Source: Deltaproteobacteria bacterium (GTDB lineage Bacteria; Myxococcota_A; Polyangia; Fen-1088). Taken from it: a DNA stretch of 64,000 bases. Numbering within the stretch: position 1 is the first letter of the stretch; the number at the start of each line of letters is the position of its first letter. The notes beneath the pieces were generated by a model, which saw nothing but the letters and a program-made list of their open reading frames with translations, was not told the DNA's origin and did not search any database. Both the position numbers and the translations under genes were made by a program. Location of the stretch: assembly GCA_016935975.1 (NCBI GenBank), contig JAFGPX010000259.1:11230-75229 (forward strand), written 5' to 3'. This document shows positions 23,537-35,572 of this stretch, in pieces.

Positions 23537-24060
23537 AAGATACCCGCCGCGAACACGACGTCCGGGAAGAGCGCCTTTTCTCGCTGGTCCTTCTCGTCCT
23601 TGTAGATGCGCATGGCGTCCAGCGTCTTGACCACGGTGTCGTAGGGCGTGATCGCGTCGGCGTTGAAAGTAGCTTTGGTTTCGTCCGAGAACTCTTTCTT
23701 GATCTCGGTGAGCTTCGCGGTCAACGCGGTGTAGTCATAGTCGCCAGAAGGTAGCTTGGGAATGGGGGGCATGACGCCACCCGAGCCGGCCAGGGTGAAG
23801 CCGCTCTGCCCCACCGTCACGGTGAGGTTGAGGGCGGGTTTTTCCTGCTGGTCGCCGCCGCCACCGCCCCCGAAGGTCGGCGAGGACACGTTCACGGTGC
23901 CGAGCGGCACCTGGTTTATGACCGAGGCCAGCAAGAAGATGATGATGTTGGTGACGATGTCCATGTAGGGAACGAGGTTGATCTCGCCGGTTTCTTCCTC
24001 GGCTTCCTCGAACTCGGCCCGCATGCGCCGCATGCGGGCCCGTACCTGGCGTTTGGTCAT
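23533..24060 (-). CDS. exbD: ExbD/TolR family biopolymer transport protein (second paralog)
   Basis: TM helix (PYMDIVTNIIIFLLA), Gly-rich linker and ExbD periplasmic domain. Confidence 0.8.
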   Translation of the reverse strand: MTKRQVRARMRRMRAEFEEAEEETGEINLVPYMDIVTNIIIFLLASVINQVPLGTVNVSSPTFGGGGGGDQQEKPALNLTVTVGQSGFTLAGSGGVMPPIPKLPSGDYDYTALTAKLTEIKKEFSDETKATFNADAITPYDTVVKTLDAMRIYKDEKDQREKALFPDVVFAAGIL

Positions 24061-24090
24061 CGTGCCTTGCCCCGGCAGGGATCCCTAGGC

Positions 24091-24735
24091 CTACTTCTGC
24101 TGCACTCCGGCCCCGTGCGCGGATTCCGCCAGGAGGTTCTCCAACTTGAGTGAAAAGGCCTCGAGATCCGCGGTCTGGCGCTTCGACATCGAGCCCAAGA
24201 TGGCGTGCGCGACGATGCAGGTCACGGCGATGCCGAGACCCATGGCGGTGTTGTTGAGCGCCTCGGAAATACCTCGGGCCAGCAGGTTGCTGCGCTCCTC
24301 GGGCTTGGCGGCCGCGACCGCGCCGAAGGCCCGGATGAGGCCGACGACCGTGCCCAGCAGACCGATGAGGGTCGCGATATTGGCCAGAGACCAGAGAATC
24401 TGGATGCGCTTCTTGATCATCGGAGTCACGTCCACCAGCGCCTCTTCGATGGCCTGGGCCACGGCAATCTCGCCGCGATGAAAGCGCTGGAGTCCCGCCT
24501 TGGCGACCTGCGCAACGGGAGCGGTGGTGGCCGAACAGAGCTTCACGGCTCGATCGAGGTTGTTGGCGAGCACGAGCTTGCGGATGTTCTCGAGGAAGGC
24601 CCGCGCGTTGACGCTGCTCTTGACCAGGAAGAAGAGCAAGCGGTCGACGATGAACGACAGCACGATGACCGACACCAGCAGGTTGAAGTACATGAGGGTT
24701 CCACCCTCTTCCAGGAACTTGGCGAATCCTTGCAT
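24091..24735 (-). CDS. exbB: MotA/TolQ/ExbB proton-channel protein
   Basis: Three TM helices; conserved TolQ/ExbB C-terminal region (ISEALNNTAMGLGIAVTCIVAHAIL). The track ORF extends to 25092, but the first 119 aa are R/P/S-rich; the Met preceding the first TM helix is at 24735. Confidence 0.8.
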   Translation of the reverse strand: MQGFAKFLEEGGTLMYFNLLVSVIVLSFIVDRLLFFLVKSSVNARAFLENIRKLVLANNLDRAVKLCSATTAPVAQVAKAGLQRFHRGEIAVAQAIEEALVDVTPMIKKRIQILWSLANIATLIGLLGTVVGLIRAFGAVAAAKPEERSNLLARGISEALNNTAMGLGIAVTCIVAHAILGSMSKRQTADLEAFSLKLENLLAESAHGAGVQQK

Positions 24736-24983
24736 CTCATCCTCCGCGGGCGTCTTGAGCCCGCCAGAGCCATCCCGCATGCGGGCTCGGCGGAAAGCGA
24801 CTTTGGTCTCCTCGGGATCCCGTGTTACGGGGCGGTATCTTATAGGTGGGCCTTGGCGTGTCAAGCGAGGTGCATGCGGGCTATCCCGGCGAAATCGGCT
24901 GCGAAGCCCAGAGCGATGCGCGTGTGAAGGCGTCCGCTTTTGTGCCGGCAAGTCCGATTTCCCCGGGTATTCTTCACCGGCCG

Positions 24984-25907
24984 ATGACGGATGCTGACAG
25001 ACTGGCTGCGGTGCGCTTTGCGTTCCTGACCCCGCGAGCCTTGCCGAAGGCGGAAACCCTGCCGGGCCGTGTTGTGGTCCTGGATATCGCATTTGCCGCC
25101 GATACCGGCAAGACTTCCTTTGCCACCGTGACCTTGCCTTTCATTTCCGGTCTGGGCTCGCGCCTCGCGGCCTGGGTCGATCACCACGAGCACGAGCGGC
25201 ACGCGGACTACGCGGGGGACGAGCGCTTCGTGCTGGCCAGCAAGTCCCAGCATGGCGGCTGCCCCGAGATGGTGACCCCCGAGCTGGTTGCCCGCCTTGG
25301 CCCAGCCGACACCATTGCGATGCACGTCGATCTGGACGGCCTGTACGCCGGCGCCAAATGGCTGCTGGGCGGAATCGAGCCGTACGAGGGCGCCGACCGG
25401 GACGCGCGCGCCGTGGACACCCGCCGTGGCAGGCCCAGCCCCATCGCCGAGAGGATCGATCGTGCGCTGCGGGCTCGCTTTCGCGACGAGTCGCTCAAAC
25501 ACCGCATCATGCAGTATTTGCTCGCTCGCACGCGGGCCCCCCATCACTACGCGGAAATCGACGCTGCCGCCCGCCTCGTCGACCCCCTGCTGGAACAGGC
25601 CCAGCGCCTCTCCGAGCAGTACCGGGTCGACGGCGACGTGGCCTATCTGGAGGTCAAGTCGAACGCGCCTTATGACAAGACCGAGCTCCTGCTGCTCGGC
25701 CAGCGGCGGGCGCTCGTGGCCGTGGTGCGCGATGCCGGCTCGCTCTCCATTGCGGCGGATTTCGAATCGGGCCTGGATTTCGTCAGGCTCTTCAACCTCG
25801 GCGGGGGCATGCCCACGCGAGTTTCCGTTCCCGAGGCCCGGCGTGACGAGGTGCTGGCCAAGCTCGCGCAGCTCGCGCAAGGCGCGCGCAACCCTACTCG
25901 TTCTTGA
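24984..25907 (+). CDS. Hypothetical protein (307 aa)
   Basis: ATG MTDADRLAAVRF... I recognised no domain. Its composition is more protein-like than the antisense ORF 24861..26018. Confidence 0.4.
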   Translation: MTDADRLAAVRFAFLTPRALPKAETLPGRVVVLDIAFAADTGKTSFATVTLPFISGLGSRLAAWVDHHEHERHADYAGDERFVLASKSQHGGCPEMVTPELVARLGPADTIAMHVDLDGLYAGAKWLLGGIEPYEGADRDARAVDTRRGRPSPIAERIDRALRARFRDESLKHRIMQYLLARTRAPHHYAEIDAAARLVDPLLEQAQRLSEQYRVDGDVAYLEVKSNAPYDKTELLLLGQRRALVAVVRDAGSLSIAADFESGLDFVRLFNLGGGMPTRVSVPEARRDEVLAKLAQLAQGARNPTRS

Positions 25908-27096
25908 AGCGATCGACCTGGAACTCGCTCGACTGCCCGGGCGTGCTGGTGGCCGGGGTCGGCGTGTAGCCCGTGCGACCGCTGGCGCCGGGGTTGAAGT
26001 CCGTGCTGACGCTGCCACCCTTGCTGACCCCGCGGAAGACCAGCGCGAAGTCGTCCGCGTTGGTGGAGGCGGAGAGCGCCTCTTCGTAGGTGACGAAGCG
26101 GTTCTTGACCAGCTCGGTCAGCGATTGGTCGAAGCTGACCATACCGTACGGATCGCGACCCGAAGCGATGGCCTCGTTGACCTCGCGGGTGCGCCGGGGA
26201 TCGGCGATCAACTCCTTGACCCGGGCGGTGTTGATCAGGATCTCGACGGCCGGGACCATGCCCATGCCGTCGGCGCGCGCCACGAGTCGCTGCGAAATGA
26301 CGCCACGGAGAACCGCGCACAGTTGCAGGCGCGCCTGCTGCTGCTGGTGAGGCGGGTAGAGGGCCACGATGCGGTTGATGGTTTCGACCGCGTCGACCGT
26401 GTGCAGGGTCGAGAGCACGAGGTGACCGGTCTCGGCGGCAGTCAAGGCGATCTCGGTGGTTTCGAGGTCGCGCATCTCGCCGACCAGAATGACGTCGGGA
26501 TCCTGGCGCAAGGAGGCGCGCAGGGCGCGCGCGAAGGACGTGGTGTCGAAGCCGATCTCGCGCTGGTTGATCACGCTGCGCCGGTCCTTGAAGGCGAATT
26601 CGATCGGATCCTCGATGGTGACGATGTGGACCGCCTTGTGCGAGTTGATGTAGTCGACCATGGCCGCCAGGGTGGTCGACTTGCCCGAGCCGGTGATGCC
26701 GGTGACCAGGACCAGGCCGCGTCTCTCCTCGGCGAGATCGAGTACCTTGCGCGGCAGATTCAAACGCTCGAAGGGCGGCACGTTGGGGGGGATGAGGCGC
26801 ATGACCACGCCCATGACCCCGCGTTGTTGCAGGACGTTCACGCGGTAGCGGTAGCCGTCCTGGGTCGAGTAGGCGAGGTCCACGTCCCAGTTCTTCTCGA
26901 AGATCTCGCGTTGCCGCGGGTTCATCATGCTGAGCCCGAACTCCTCGATGGCCTCCTGGGTCAGCGGCGGCACGTTGGCGACCGTGCGCAGGTCGCCCTT
27001 CACCCGGAAAATGGGTGGCAGCCCGACCTTGAGGTGGACGTCGGAGGCGCCGAGTTGGCGGGCTGCCCCAAGCACTTTGTCGAGAACGGTGATCAT
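25894..27096 (-). CDS. pilT: PilT/PilU-family type IV pilus retraction ATPase paralog with Ser/Thr/Gly-rich C-terminal tail
   Basis: Walker A GITGSGKST; PilT signature regions (HIVTIEDPIEF, ILVGEMRD, His box LVLSTLHT); about 50 extra C-terminal residues. Confidence 0.85.
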   Translation of the reverse strand: MITVLDKVLGAARQLGASDVHLKVGLPPIFRVKGDLRTVANVPPLTQEAIEEFGLSMMNPRQREIFEKNWDVDLAYSTQDGYRYRVNVLQQRGVMGVVMRLIPPNVPPFERLNLPRKVLDLAEERRGLVLVTGITGSGKSTTLAAMVDYINSHKAVHIVTIEDPIEFAFKDRRSVINQREIGFDTTSFARALRASLRQDPDVILVGEMRDLETTEIALTAAETGHLVLSTLHTVDAVETINRIVALYPPHQQQQARLQLCAVLRGVISQRLVARADGMGMVPAVEILINTARVKELIADPRRTREVNEAIASGRDPYGMVSFDQSLTELVKNRFVTYEEALSASTNADDFALVFRGVSKGGSVSTDFNPGASGRTGYTPTPATSTPGQSSEFQVDRFKNE

Positions 27097-27181
27097 GGCT
27101 TCTTGGTTCGTCGGCGGCTGCGCCGATAGGCTCGCAGGCCTACGACCATGAGGGTAGCACGAGCCGGGAAATGCGCGTCTT

Positions 27182-27210
27182 TTGACCTTTTTCCGGGACT
27201 CCCCTAGGGT
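27182..27210 (+). promoter_or_regulatory. Candidate sigma-70-type promoter (TTGACC - 17 nt - TAGGGT) for the tandem-receiver regulator
   Basis: Seen in sequence about 9 nt upstream of the GTG start at 27219. Confidence 0.3.
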
Positions 27211-27218
27211 CTTGGTTC

Positions 27219-28262
27219 GTGGGCAGCCCCAAGACCGAGGCCGGCGGCGGCCAGGAGGTACTGGTTCTCGACGCGGACGAGACGGTTCGCAAGGGCGTGG
27301 AGCGCCTGTTCCGCGAGGCCGGGCTCTCCGTCACCGTCCTCTCCGACATCGAGCGCGCGCAGGATCAGATAGCCAATCGCTTCTTCCCCGTGGTGCTCGC
27401 GGACCTGGACACGCCCAAGCAGGACTCCGGGATCGATCTCGTCAAGTTCGTGCGCGAGCGCTCGCCCTTGACCGCGGTCATCGTGATGAGCCGCCGCATC
27501 GGTTTCGACGCTGTCGCGCCGGTCTTTCGCGCCGGCGCCACCGACGTGATTCCCAAGGCGCGCGAGTACGTCCGCGACCTGCGCGAGCGCGTCGTCCAGG
27601 CTTCGAACGACGTCAAGGCGGCAAAGGCGCGGGAGCAGCTTCTGATCGATCTCATCGAGTTGAACGAGGAGCTGTTGCGCCGGATGATGGGGCTGTCGCG
27701 GCAGGCGATCGACGCGGAGGACAAGCTCAAGGCGCGCGAGGGCGGCCTCTCGTCTTCGATCACCGGCTTGGGGGCGCTCAACCTGCTGCTGGTCGACGAC
27801 GATCCGACCCTGGCCAACGAGCTCGAAAAGGAGCTGACCGAGGACAAAGGCTGGCGCGTGCGGCACGTGCAGACGGGGGGCGAGGCGCTCGACAGCGCAT
27901 CGCAGGTTCCGCCCATGGTGCTCGTGGCCAAGGAGAACCTGCCCGACCTGACCGGCACCATGGTGGTCAAGACCATCAAGGCCACGGTTCCCAGCCTCAT
28001 CGCCATGGTTTTCGCGCCGCCCGCGCCCGGACATGCCGGTGAGGTGCGCATCGCCGACCAGAGCCGACTGCACGTGCTGCTGCCGCAGTTCATGGCGCCC
28101 GCGGAGCTCGTGACCCAGCTCGCGGAGGTGCGCGAGGCGCTTCTGCGCAAGGCCAAGGACCGCCGCTACGTCAAGATCTTCCAGAATCGGTTCGCCGACG
28201 TCTTGGAAAAGTGCAACCGGCTCAAGCAGCAGGTTGACGCCCTCGTCAGCAAGGGCAAGTAG
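27219..28262 (+). CDS. Response regulator with two tandem receiver (REC) domains, no output domain
   Basis: REC1: VLVLDADETV...VVLADLDTP...DVIPK. REC2: LLLVDDDPTL..., in which the expected phospho-acceptor Asp is a Lys (MVLVAKENLPD), so it may be a pseudo-receiver. GTG start. Confidence 0.7.
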   Translation: MGSPKTEAGGGQEVLVLDADETVRKGVERLFREAGLSVTVLSDIERAQDQIANRFFPVVLADLDTPKQDSGIDLVKFVRERSPLTAVIVMSRRIGFDAVAPVFRAGATDVIPKAREYVRDLRERVVQASNDVKAAKAREQLLIDLIELNEELLRRMMGLSRQAIDAEDKLKAREGGLSSSITGLGALNLLLVDDDPTLANELEKELTEDKGWRVRHVQTGGEALDSASQVPPMVLVAKENLPDLTGTMVVKTIKATVPSLIAMVFAPPAPGHAGEVRIADQSRLHVLLPQFMAPAELVTQLAEVREALLRKAKDRRYVKIFQNRFADVLEKCNRLKQQVDALVSKGK

Positions 28263-28272
28263 CGACGCGTGG

Positions 28273-29106
28273 CTACCTTGCCAGGAGATGGCTTCCGTGC
28301 ACGTTGCCGAGCGCGGCGAGCATGGTTTGGCGTACGTGGGGGTATTCGACCTCGAGGCGGTCGAGCAACAGCTTGATTTGCTTGCGTTGAGCTTGCGGGC
28401 GTACATCGCACAGCCGGCACGGCAGGAGGGGCACCCTGTGGCGGGCGGCCAACTCCGCCAGGTCGCTTGCCGCGCAGTAGATGAGCGGCCGGATGACCAC
28501 ATGTCGGCGGTCGTCACTGGTCAGACGGGCGGGCATCGCCGCGAGCTTGCCCGCGAAGAAGAGATTGAGGAGCAGGGTTTCCACGGCATCGTCACGGTGG
28601 TGGCCGAGCGCCACCTTGGTGCAGCCGAGATCGTCGGCCACACGGTAGAGAATCGCTCGGCGCAGACGGGCGCACAGTGAGCAGGGCGTCTGCTGCTCGG
28701 CCAGGGTGGCCTTTACGATGCCGTAGGTGTCTTCGCGCACGAGCTTGTGCTCGAAGCCTTGTGCTGCGAGCCACGCCAGAAGCGGCGCCGGATCATGTCC
28801 CGGGTGTCCCTGATCGAGGTGTACCGCGACCAGGCCGAAGGACACTGGTGCGCGTCGGCGCATGGCTTCCAGCAGCAGGAGCAGGGCATAGCTGTCCTTG
28901 CCGCCCGACAGCGCCACCAGGATGCGGTCGCCCGCCGCGATGAGGTCGAAGTCCGCGATGGCCCGCCCCACGTCGTGCAGCAGACGTTTCTTCACCACAG
29001 AGGGTGGGGAGGACACGGAGGGCGGAGGGAAAGGGGGATCCGGATCCGCGCCCTTCCCCTTTCTGTGCTCTCCGTGCTCTCTGTGCTCTCTGTGGTGCAA
29101 GGACAC
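28273..29106 (-). CDS. ttcA: tRNA 2-thiocytidine(32) synthetase TtcA (PP-loop ATPase)
   Basis: Collinear with E. coli TtcA (KRLLHDVGRAIADF..., PP-loop SGGKDS, CxxC pairs). The 5' ~35 codons (HREHREHGEH..., PFPPP) overlap repeat copy E. The track start is GTG; an in-frame GTG at about 28998 is an alternative true start. Confidence 0.75.
   Translation of the reverse strand: MSLHHREHREHGEHRKGKGADPDPPFPPPSVSSPPSVVKKRLLHDVGRAIADFDLIAAGDRILVALSGGKDSYALLLLLEAMRRRAPVSFGLVAVHLDQGHPGHDPAPLLAWLAAQGFEHKLVREDTYGIVKATLAEQQTPCSLCARLRRAILYRVADDLGCTKVALGHHRDDAVETLLLNLFFAGKLAAMPARLTSDDRRHVVIRPLIYCAASDLAELAARHRVPLLPCRLCDVRPQAQRKQIKLLLDRLEVEYPHVRQTMLAALGNVHGSHLLAR
28995..29095. repeat. Palindromic element copy E, with a GGATCCGGATCC centre
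   Basis: CCACAGAGGGTGGGGAGGACACGGAGGGCGGAGGGAAAGGGGGATCCGGATCCGCGCCCTTCCCCTTTCTGTGCTCTCCGTGCTCTCTGTGCTCTCTGTGG. The termini CCACAGAG / CTCTGTGG are inverted repeats. Confidence 0.6.
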
Positions 29107-29185
29107 TATTCACCCGGTTGGCAGAGGGGGATAGGGCGCTAGAATAGTGTGCGAGGCCCGGGCGTGCTAGAGCCGAGGGGTCGGC

Positions 29186-30371
29186 ATGATCAGCGAAGCC
29201 AGAACAGGACAGCCAAGACGCACTTCCCTCGTGCGCTGGGTTCTGCTCGCGCTCATCATCCACGCGGAGATCGGCGGCTTGCTCGGCATCGCGCTGTATT
29301 TCTGGGCGCCCCGGCAGGCCGAGGTCGAAGCCAAACGACGCGAGGCCATGGCGAGCGCCGAGCCGATTTCGGTCAGCACGCTCGACGACGAAACCGCACG
29401 CAAGATCATCGCCGACCTCGAGCGTCAGGAAGAGAAGGCCAAGCTGGCGGAGGCGAAGAAGGAGGAAGAGTCGGTTCGTGCGCCCGGGCAAGTCGTCGAC
29501 TTGCCCCGTCCGCGGGAGGAGCGGCGTCCCGACGAGGCGCGCTTTGCCGCCGAATACGACTCGTGGGTCGAGAAGGAAACCAGGCGCTACGGCAAGTTCG
29601 ATCCGAATTCGCAGCAGCGCCACAGCGGTCCGAGCGACGCAAGGCGACGCAACCAGCCCGAGCTGACGCCCAACCCATCCGAGATCCCGGCTTCCCCCGG
29701 ACCCCTCGCCATGCGTATGCCCGGCGAGGAGAGGCGGCTGGCGCGGTCCCGCTCCGACAAGATGTCGCCGTGGCACGAGACGCCGAGCAGCGACGAGCCG
29801 CTGCCGGAAGATCCGGACGGTGTCTTCTCGCGCAAGGGAGGGGGCAACGCCACGCCGGCTCCGTCCGAGCGCGCCGAGGAGGAAAGCGGTGGCCGGCCCG
29901 GGCTCTACGGTCTGGTGCCGTCCGAGGAGCAGATTGCGCGCGCCGTGGGCAGCGGCACGCAGGACCACCTCGCCGATATCGACGAAGGCGACGAAACCGC
30001 TCTTAACGCCAAGCGCTGGGTCTACGCCACCTTTTTCAACCGCGTCAAAGAGAAGGTGCGCGATCACTGGAAGCCGGCGGAGGTGTACCAACGGCGCGAT
30101 CCCTCGGGTCGCATCTACGGCACCGAGGATCGCTACACCCTCCTCAAGGTCAGCCTCAAGGCCGACGGCTCGCTGGCCGACGTCTCGGTCGCCCATACCT
30201 GCGGGCTCGACTTTCTCGACGATACCGCGGTTACCGCCTTCCAAGAGGCACAGCCGTTCATCAACCCCCCCCGCCGCCTGCTCGAGGCCGGAGGCGGCAC
30301 GGTCACCTTCGGCTTCGGTTTCTTCTTCGAGGTGTCGGGCGCCCCCCGCCTGCGCCTGTTCCGCTACCGAT

Positions 30372-30379
<8 letters not shown>
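29186..30379 (+). CDS. TonB-family energy transducer (N-terminal TM anchor, charged linker, TonB C-terminal domain)
   Basis: TM helix WVLLALIIHAEIGGLLGIALYFW, EK-rich linker, and a C-terminal domain with TonB_C topology (ATFFNRVKEKVRDHWKPAE...YTLLKVSLKADGSLADVSV...LDFLDDTAVTAFQEAQPF). Confidence 0.6.
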
Positions 30380-33068
<2,689 letters not shown>

Positions 33069-33193
33069 GGCGCGCAATGCTACCAAGGCAGCGTCGGAAG
33101 GTCGAGCACGCCAGCGACGAGCGGGCGAAAATTGCTCACTTCCCGGCCGGCGAGTGTGTAAAAAGGAAGCATCAGCAGGACCAAGCCCACCCC

Positions 33194-34699
33194 ATGCTCA
33201 GACGATACCTTCCGGATTCCCTCACGGCGCCGTGCGTGTTTCTCATGGTTCTGGCGTGGCCGCTCGCAGCCCTTGCGGCTTCCGAAGACAGCGGCGCGCA
33301 GGCCCAGGACGAAGAGGCCGCGGATCCGGTGGCCGAGATACAGCAACTGAACCGTACCGGCATGCAGTACTTCGACGATCTCAATTACGCCATGGCAGAG
33401 AAGATGCTGCTGCAGGCGCTCGCTATGGTCGAGAAATCGGACCTGGCGCACGGGCCGGCGGGGTTGGCCACCAACGGCAACCTGGCAGTGCTCTACAGCG
33501 CCGGGCTCAGGCAACCGGACAAGGCCGTCCACCACTTCAAGAAGGCGCTGGCCATCAAGCCGGATCTGAGGCTGAGCAAGCAGCGGGCGACGCCGGAGAC
33601 CGAGGCCAACTTGGCGCGCGCCAAGGCCGAGATGGCAGGAGGCGCCGGTCCCGCGCCGGGAGCTCCCACCGCGCCCGCGGCCTCGGCCGAGAACCCCCTG
33701 AGCTGTCCGACCGGGGGGGAAATCCACCAAGGCGACGAAATCACGTTCAATTGCACGACCAGCGAGACGCTGAACCCGGCGAACGTGATGCTCTACTACA
33801 AGGCCAACGGCGCCGAGGACTACCAGGCGCTGCAGATGACCAAGGAAGAAGCGTCCGGCGGCATCACGTCATGGACGGCCAAGGTCCCAGGTGCGCACAC
33901 CCAGGCGAGCGCAGTCCCCTTCTTCGTCGAGGCAAACGATGCGGACGGCGAAAGCCTCGCTGTCTCGGGCAGCGAGGACAATCCCAGCGTCATCGTGGTG
34001 CATGGTGGAGGCGTCGCCATGGGGCCGCCACCCCTGGACGGCGAAGAAGAGGAGGAAGAAGAGGAAGAAGAGGAATACTATGAGATAGACGACGCAAACC
34101 CGCTCGCGGCTCTCGAACGGGACCGTTGGCGGGAGCACGAGGGGTCGAAGGGGACCTGGTTGCTTTCCTTGGGCATGGGTTCCGGCCTGGGCTATGCGTC
34201 CGGGCATTCCACGGAGGCGTTCGGCAAGTTCAAGGTCGGGTTCAGTCCCGGATTCGCGCCGGCGACCCTCGGCCATGCCGTGTGGGAAGTCGCCTATTTC
34301 GTGGGCCGGCAGACCGCCTTGTCGCTCGGCGGCCGGCACCAGTGGATCACCGGCGGTCCCCCCGGGACGGCGACCGGCGCGCATACTCTGCTCCTGCGCT
34401 CGCTCTTCTTCACCGAGGAGAAGGGCAAAGTCCGCTGGTACTTTGCGTGCGCCGCGGGGTGGGGCGAAGGCTTCCGCATGCAGGTCGAGGCGAACGTCAG
34501 CGACGAAGAGGGCAACCCCACCGGACAGACCGTGAAGGACACAGTGCGTGGCGGGCCATTCGTGGCCGGAATTGGCGGTGGCATGCTCTACAAGCTGGCC
34601 CGGCGTTGGCATCTGACCATCGATACGCAGGCCTTGGCCGGATTCACCCATTTCTCGGCGGTTTTCGACCTGACCGCAGGCGCGCGCTTGGTGTTCTAG
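33194..34699 (+). CDS. Secreted hypothetical protein with TPR-like N-terminal region, poly-Glu tract and C-terminal beta-rich domain
   Basis: Signal peptide (VFLMVLAWPLAALAA); run of about 12 Glu; Gly/aromatic-rich C-terminal half. Confidence 0.55.
   Translation: MLRRYLPDSLTAPCVFLMVLAWPLAALAASEDSGAQAQDEEAADPVAEIQQLNRTGMQYFDDLNYAMAEKMLLQALAMVEKSDLAHGPAGLATNGNLAVLYSAGLRQPDKAVHHFKKALAIKPDLRLSKQRATPETEANLARAKAEMAGGAGPAPGAPTAPAASAENPLSCPTGGEIHQGDEITFNCTTSETLNPANVMLYYKANGAEDYQALQMTKEEASGGITSWTAKVPGAHTQASAVPFFVEANDADGESLAVSGSEDNPSVIVVHGGGVAMGPPPLDGEEEEEEEEEEEYYEIDDANPLAALERDRWREHEGSKGTWLLSLGMGSGLGYASGHSTEAFGKFKVGFSPGFAPATLGHAVWEVAYFVGRQTALSLGGRHQWITGGPPGTATGAHTLLLRSLFFTEEKGKVRWYFACAAGWGEGFRMQVEANVSDEEGNPTGQTVKDTVRGGPFVAGIGGGMLYKLARRWHLTIDTQALAGFTHFSAVFDLTAGARLVF
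34040..34076 (+). repeat. GAA/GAG trinucleotide tract encoding about 12 consecutive Glu
   Basis: gaagaagaggaggaagaagaggaagaagaggaa, seen directly. Confidence 0.7.
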
Positions 34700-34891
34700 C
34701 CCCGCGTTTCCGGCAGCAGACTTCGCCCGGCCGGTTTGTCATCGGCGTTCCCAATGTAGCCCTGCAGGTTGTTCTCAACTGGGGGAGATGGAACGCAGTA
34801 CCACAAACACTCGGTTGCGCGGGTCCGTGGCTGTTGCCGCCGCGGTTGCGGGGATCTATCGCACTGTGCGAGACGGTAGGGTGAAGTCGTC

Positions 34892-35563
34892 ATGCAACTA
34901 GTCGTTGCGACCCCCAACGTCGCCAGCGCGGCGGTTCGAGCGGCGCTGCTCGATCCAGCGACCCTGTTTCCCTCGTGCATTCCGGTCGGCTATGCTGTGC
35001 CCGTCGCTGCCGTGCAAAAGGACAAGACCAGGGCCAAAGCCACAGAGGCGAGCGAAACCGCGCTCGCGGCCCTCTACGCGAAATACGCGCCGGCCATCTA
35101 TGCCCATTGCCGCCGCTTCATGCAGTCCCCGGCTGCGGCGAGGGACGCCACGCAAGAGGCCTTCGTGCGCGTGCTCGCGCACGGCGTGGTGTTGCCGCGC
35201 GAAGAGGAGGCCTTGCGCTACCTGTACCGCGTGGCCACCAATGTCTGTCTGAACCTGTTGCGCGAGCACAACGTGCATACGCGGGCCGCGCCCGCGCTGG
35301 CGGCGCGCGCCCAGCACGTGGGTTCGGCCGAAAGCGGGCTGGCGGATCGCGAGTTCGTCGAGGTCGTGCTCGAGCGCTGTGGGGAAGGCGGCGCGCAGGT
35401 GGCCATCATGCACTACCTCGACGGCATGTCGCAGGTCGAGATCGCCCAGGTGCTCGGTATCACGCGCCGGACGGTCTTCAATCGCCTGCGCAAGTTGGCG
35501 CGCGTGGCAGGTGAGCTGTTGCGGACGAGCCCGCGCACTGCCGTCACCAAGGAAGGAGGATAG
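34892..35563 (+). CDS. ECF-family RNA polymerase sigma factor (sigma-70 regions 2 and 4)
   Basis: Region 2 (LYAKYAPAIYAHCRRF...EAFVRV) and region 4 HTH (MHYLDGMSQVEIAQVLGITRRTVFNRLRKL). The N-terminal limit is uncertain and a GTG start downstream is possible. Confidence 0.75.
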   Translation: MQLVVATPNVASAAVRAALLDPATLFPSCIPVGYAVPVAAVQKDKTRAKATEASETALAALYAKYAPAIYAHCRRFMQSPAAARDATQEAFVRVLAHGVVLPREEEALRYLYRVATNVCLNLLREHNVHTRAAPALAARAQHVGSAESGLADREFVEVVLERCGEGGAQVAIMHYLDGMSQVEIAQVLGITRRTVFNRLRKLARVAGELLRTSPRTAVTKEGG

Positions 35564-35572
35564 CCCGAGAAG

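Noticed and set aside
22961-24735. Calling the ExbB-ExbD-ExbD trio the AglR/AglQ/AglS gliding motor.
   Set aside because: Architecture alone (one TolQ plus two TolR proteins) cannot distinguish the gliding motor from ordinary TonB-system paralogs. A TonB-like gene sits 4.5 kb away. It is kept as a hypothesis only.
29060-29095. Apparent 9-bp minisatellite CTCTGTGCT x4, which was also considered as a CRISPR-like or tandem-repeat feature.
   Set aside because: It is the pyrimidine arm of palindromic element copy E, with its complementary purine arm 60 bp upstream. It is not an independent tandem array, and no spacer-repeat periodicity was seen anywhere in the window.
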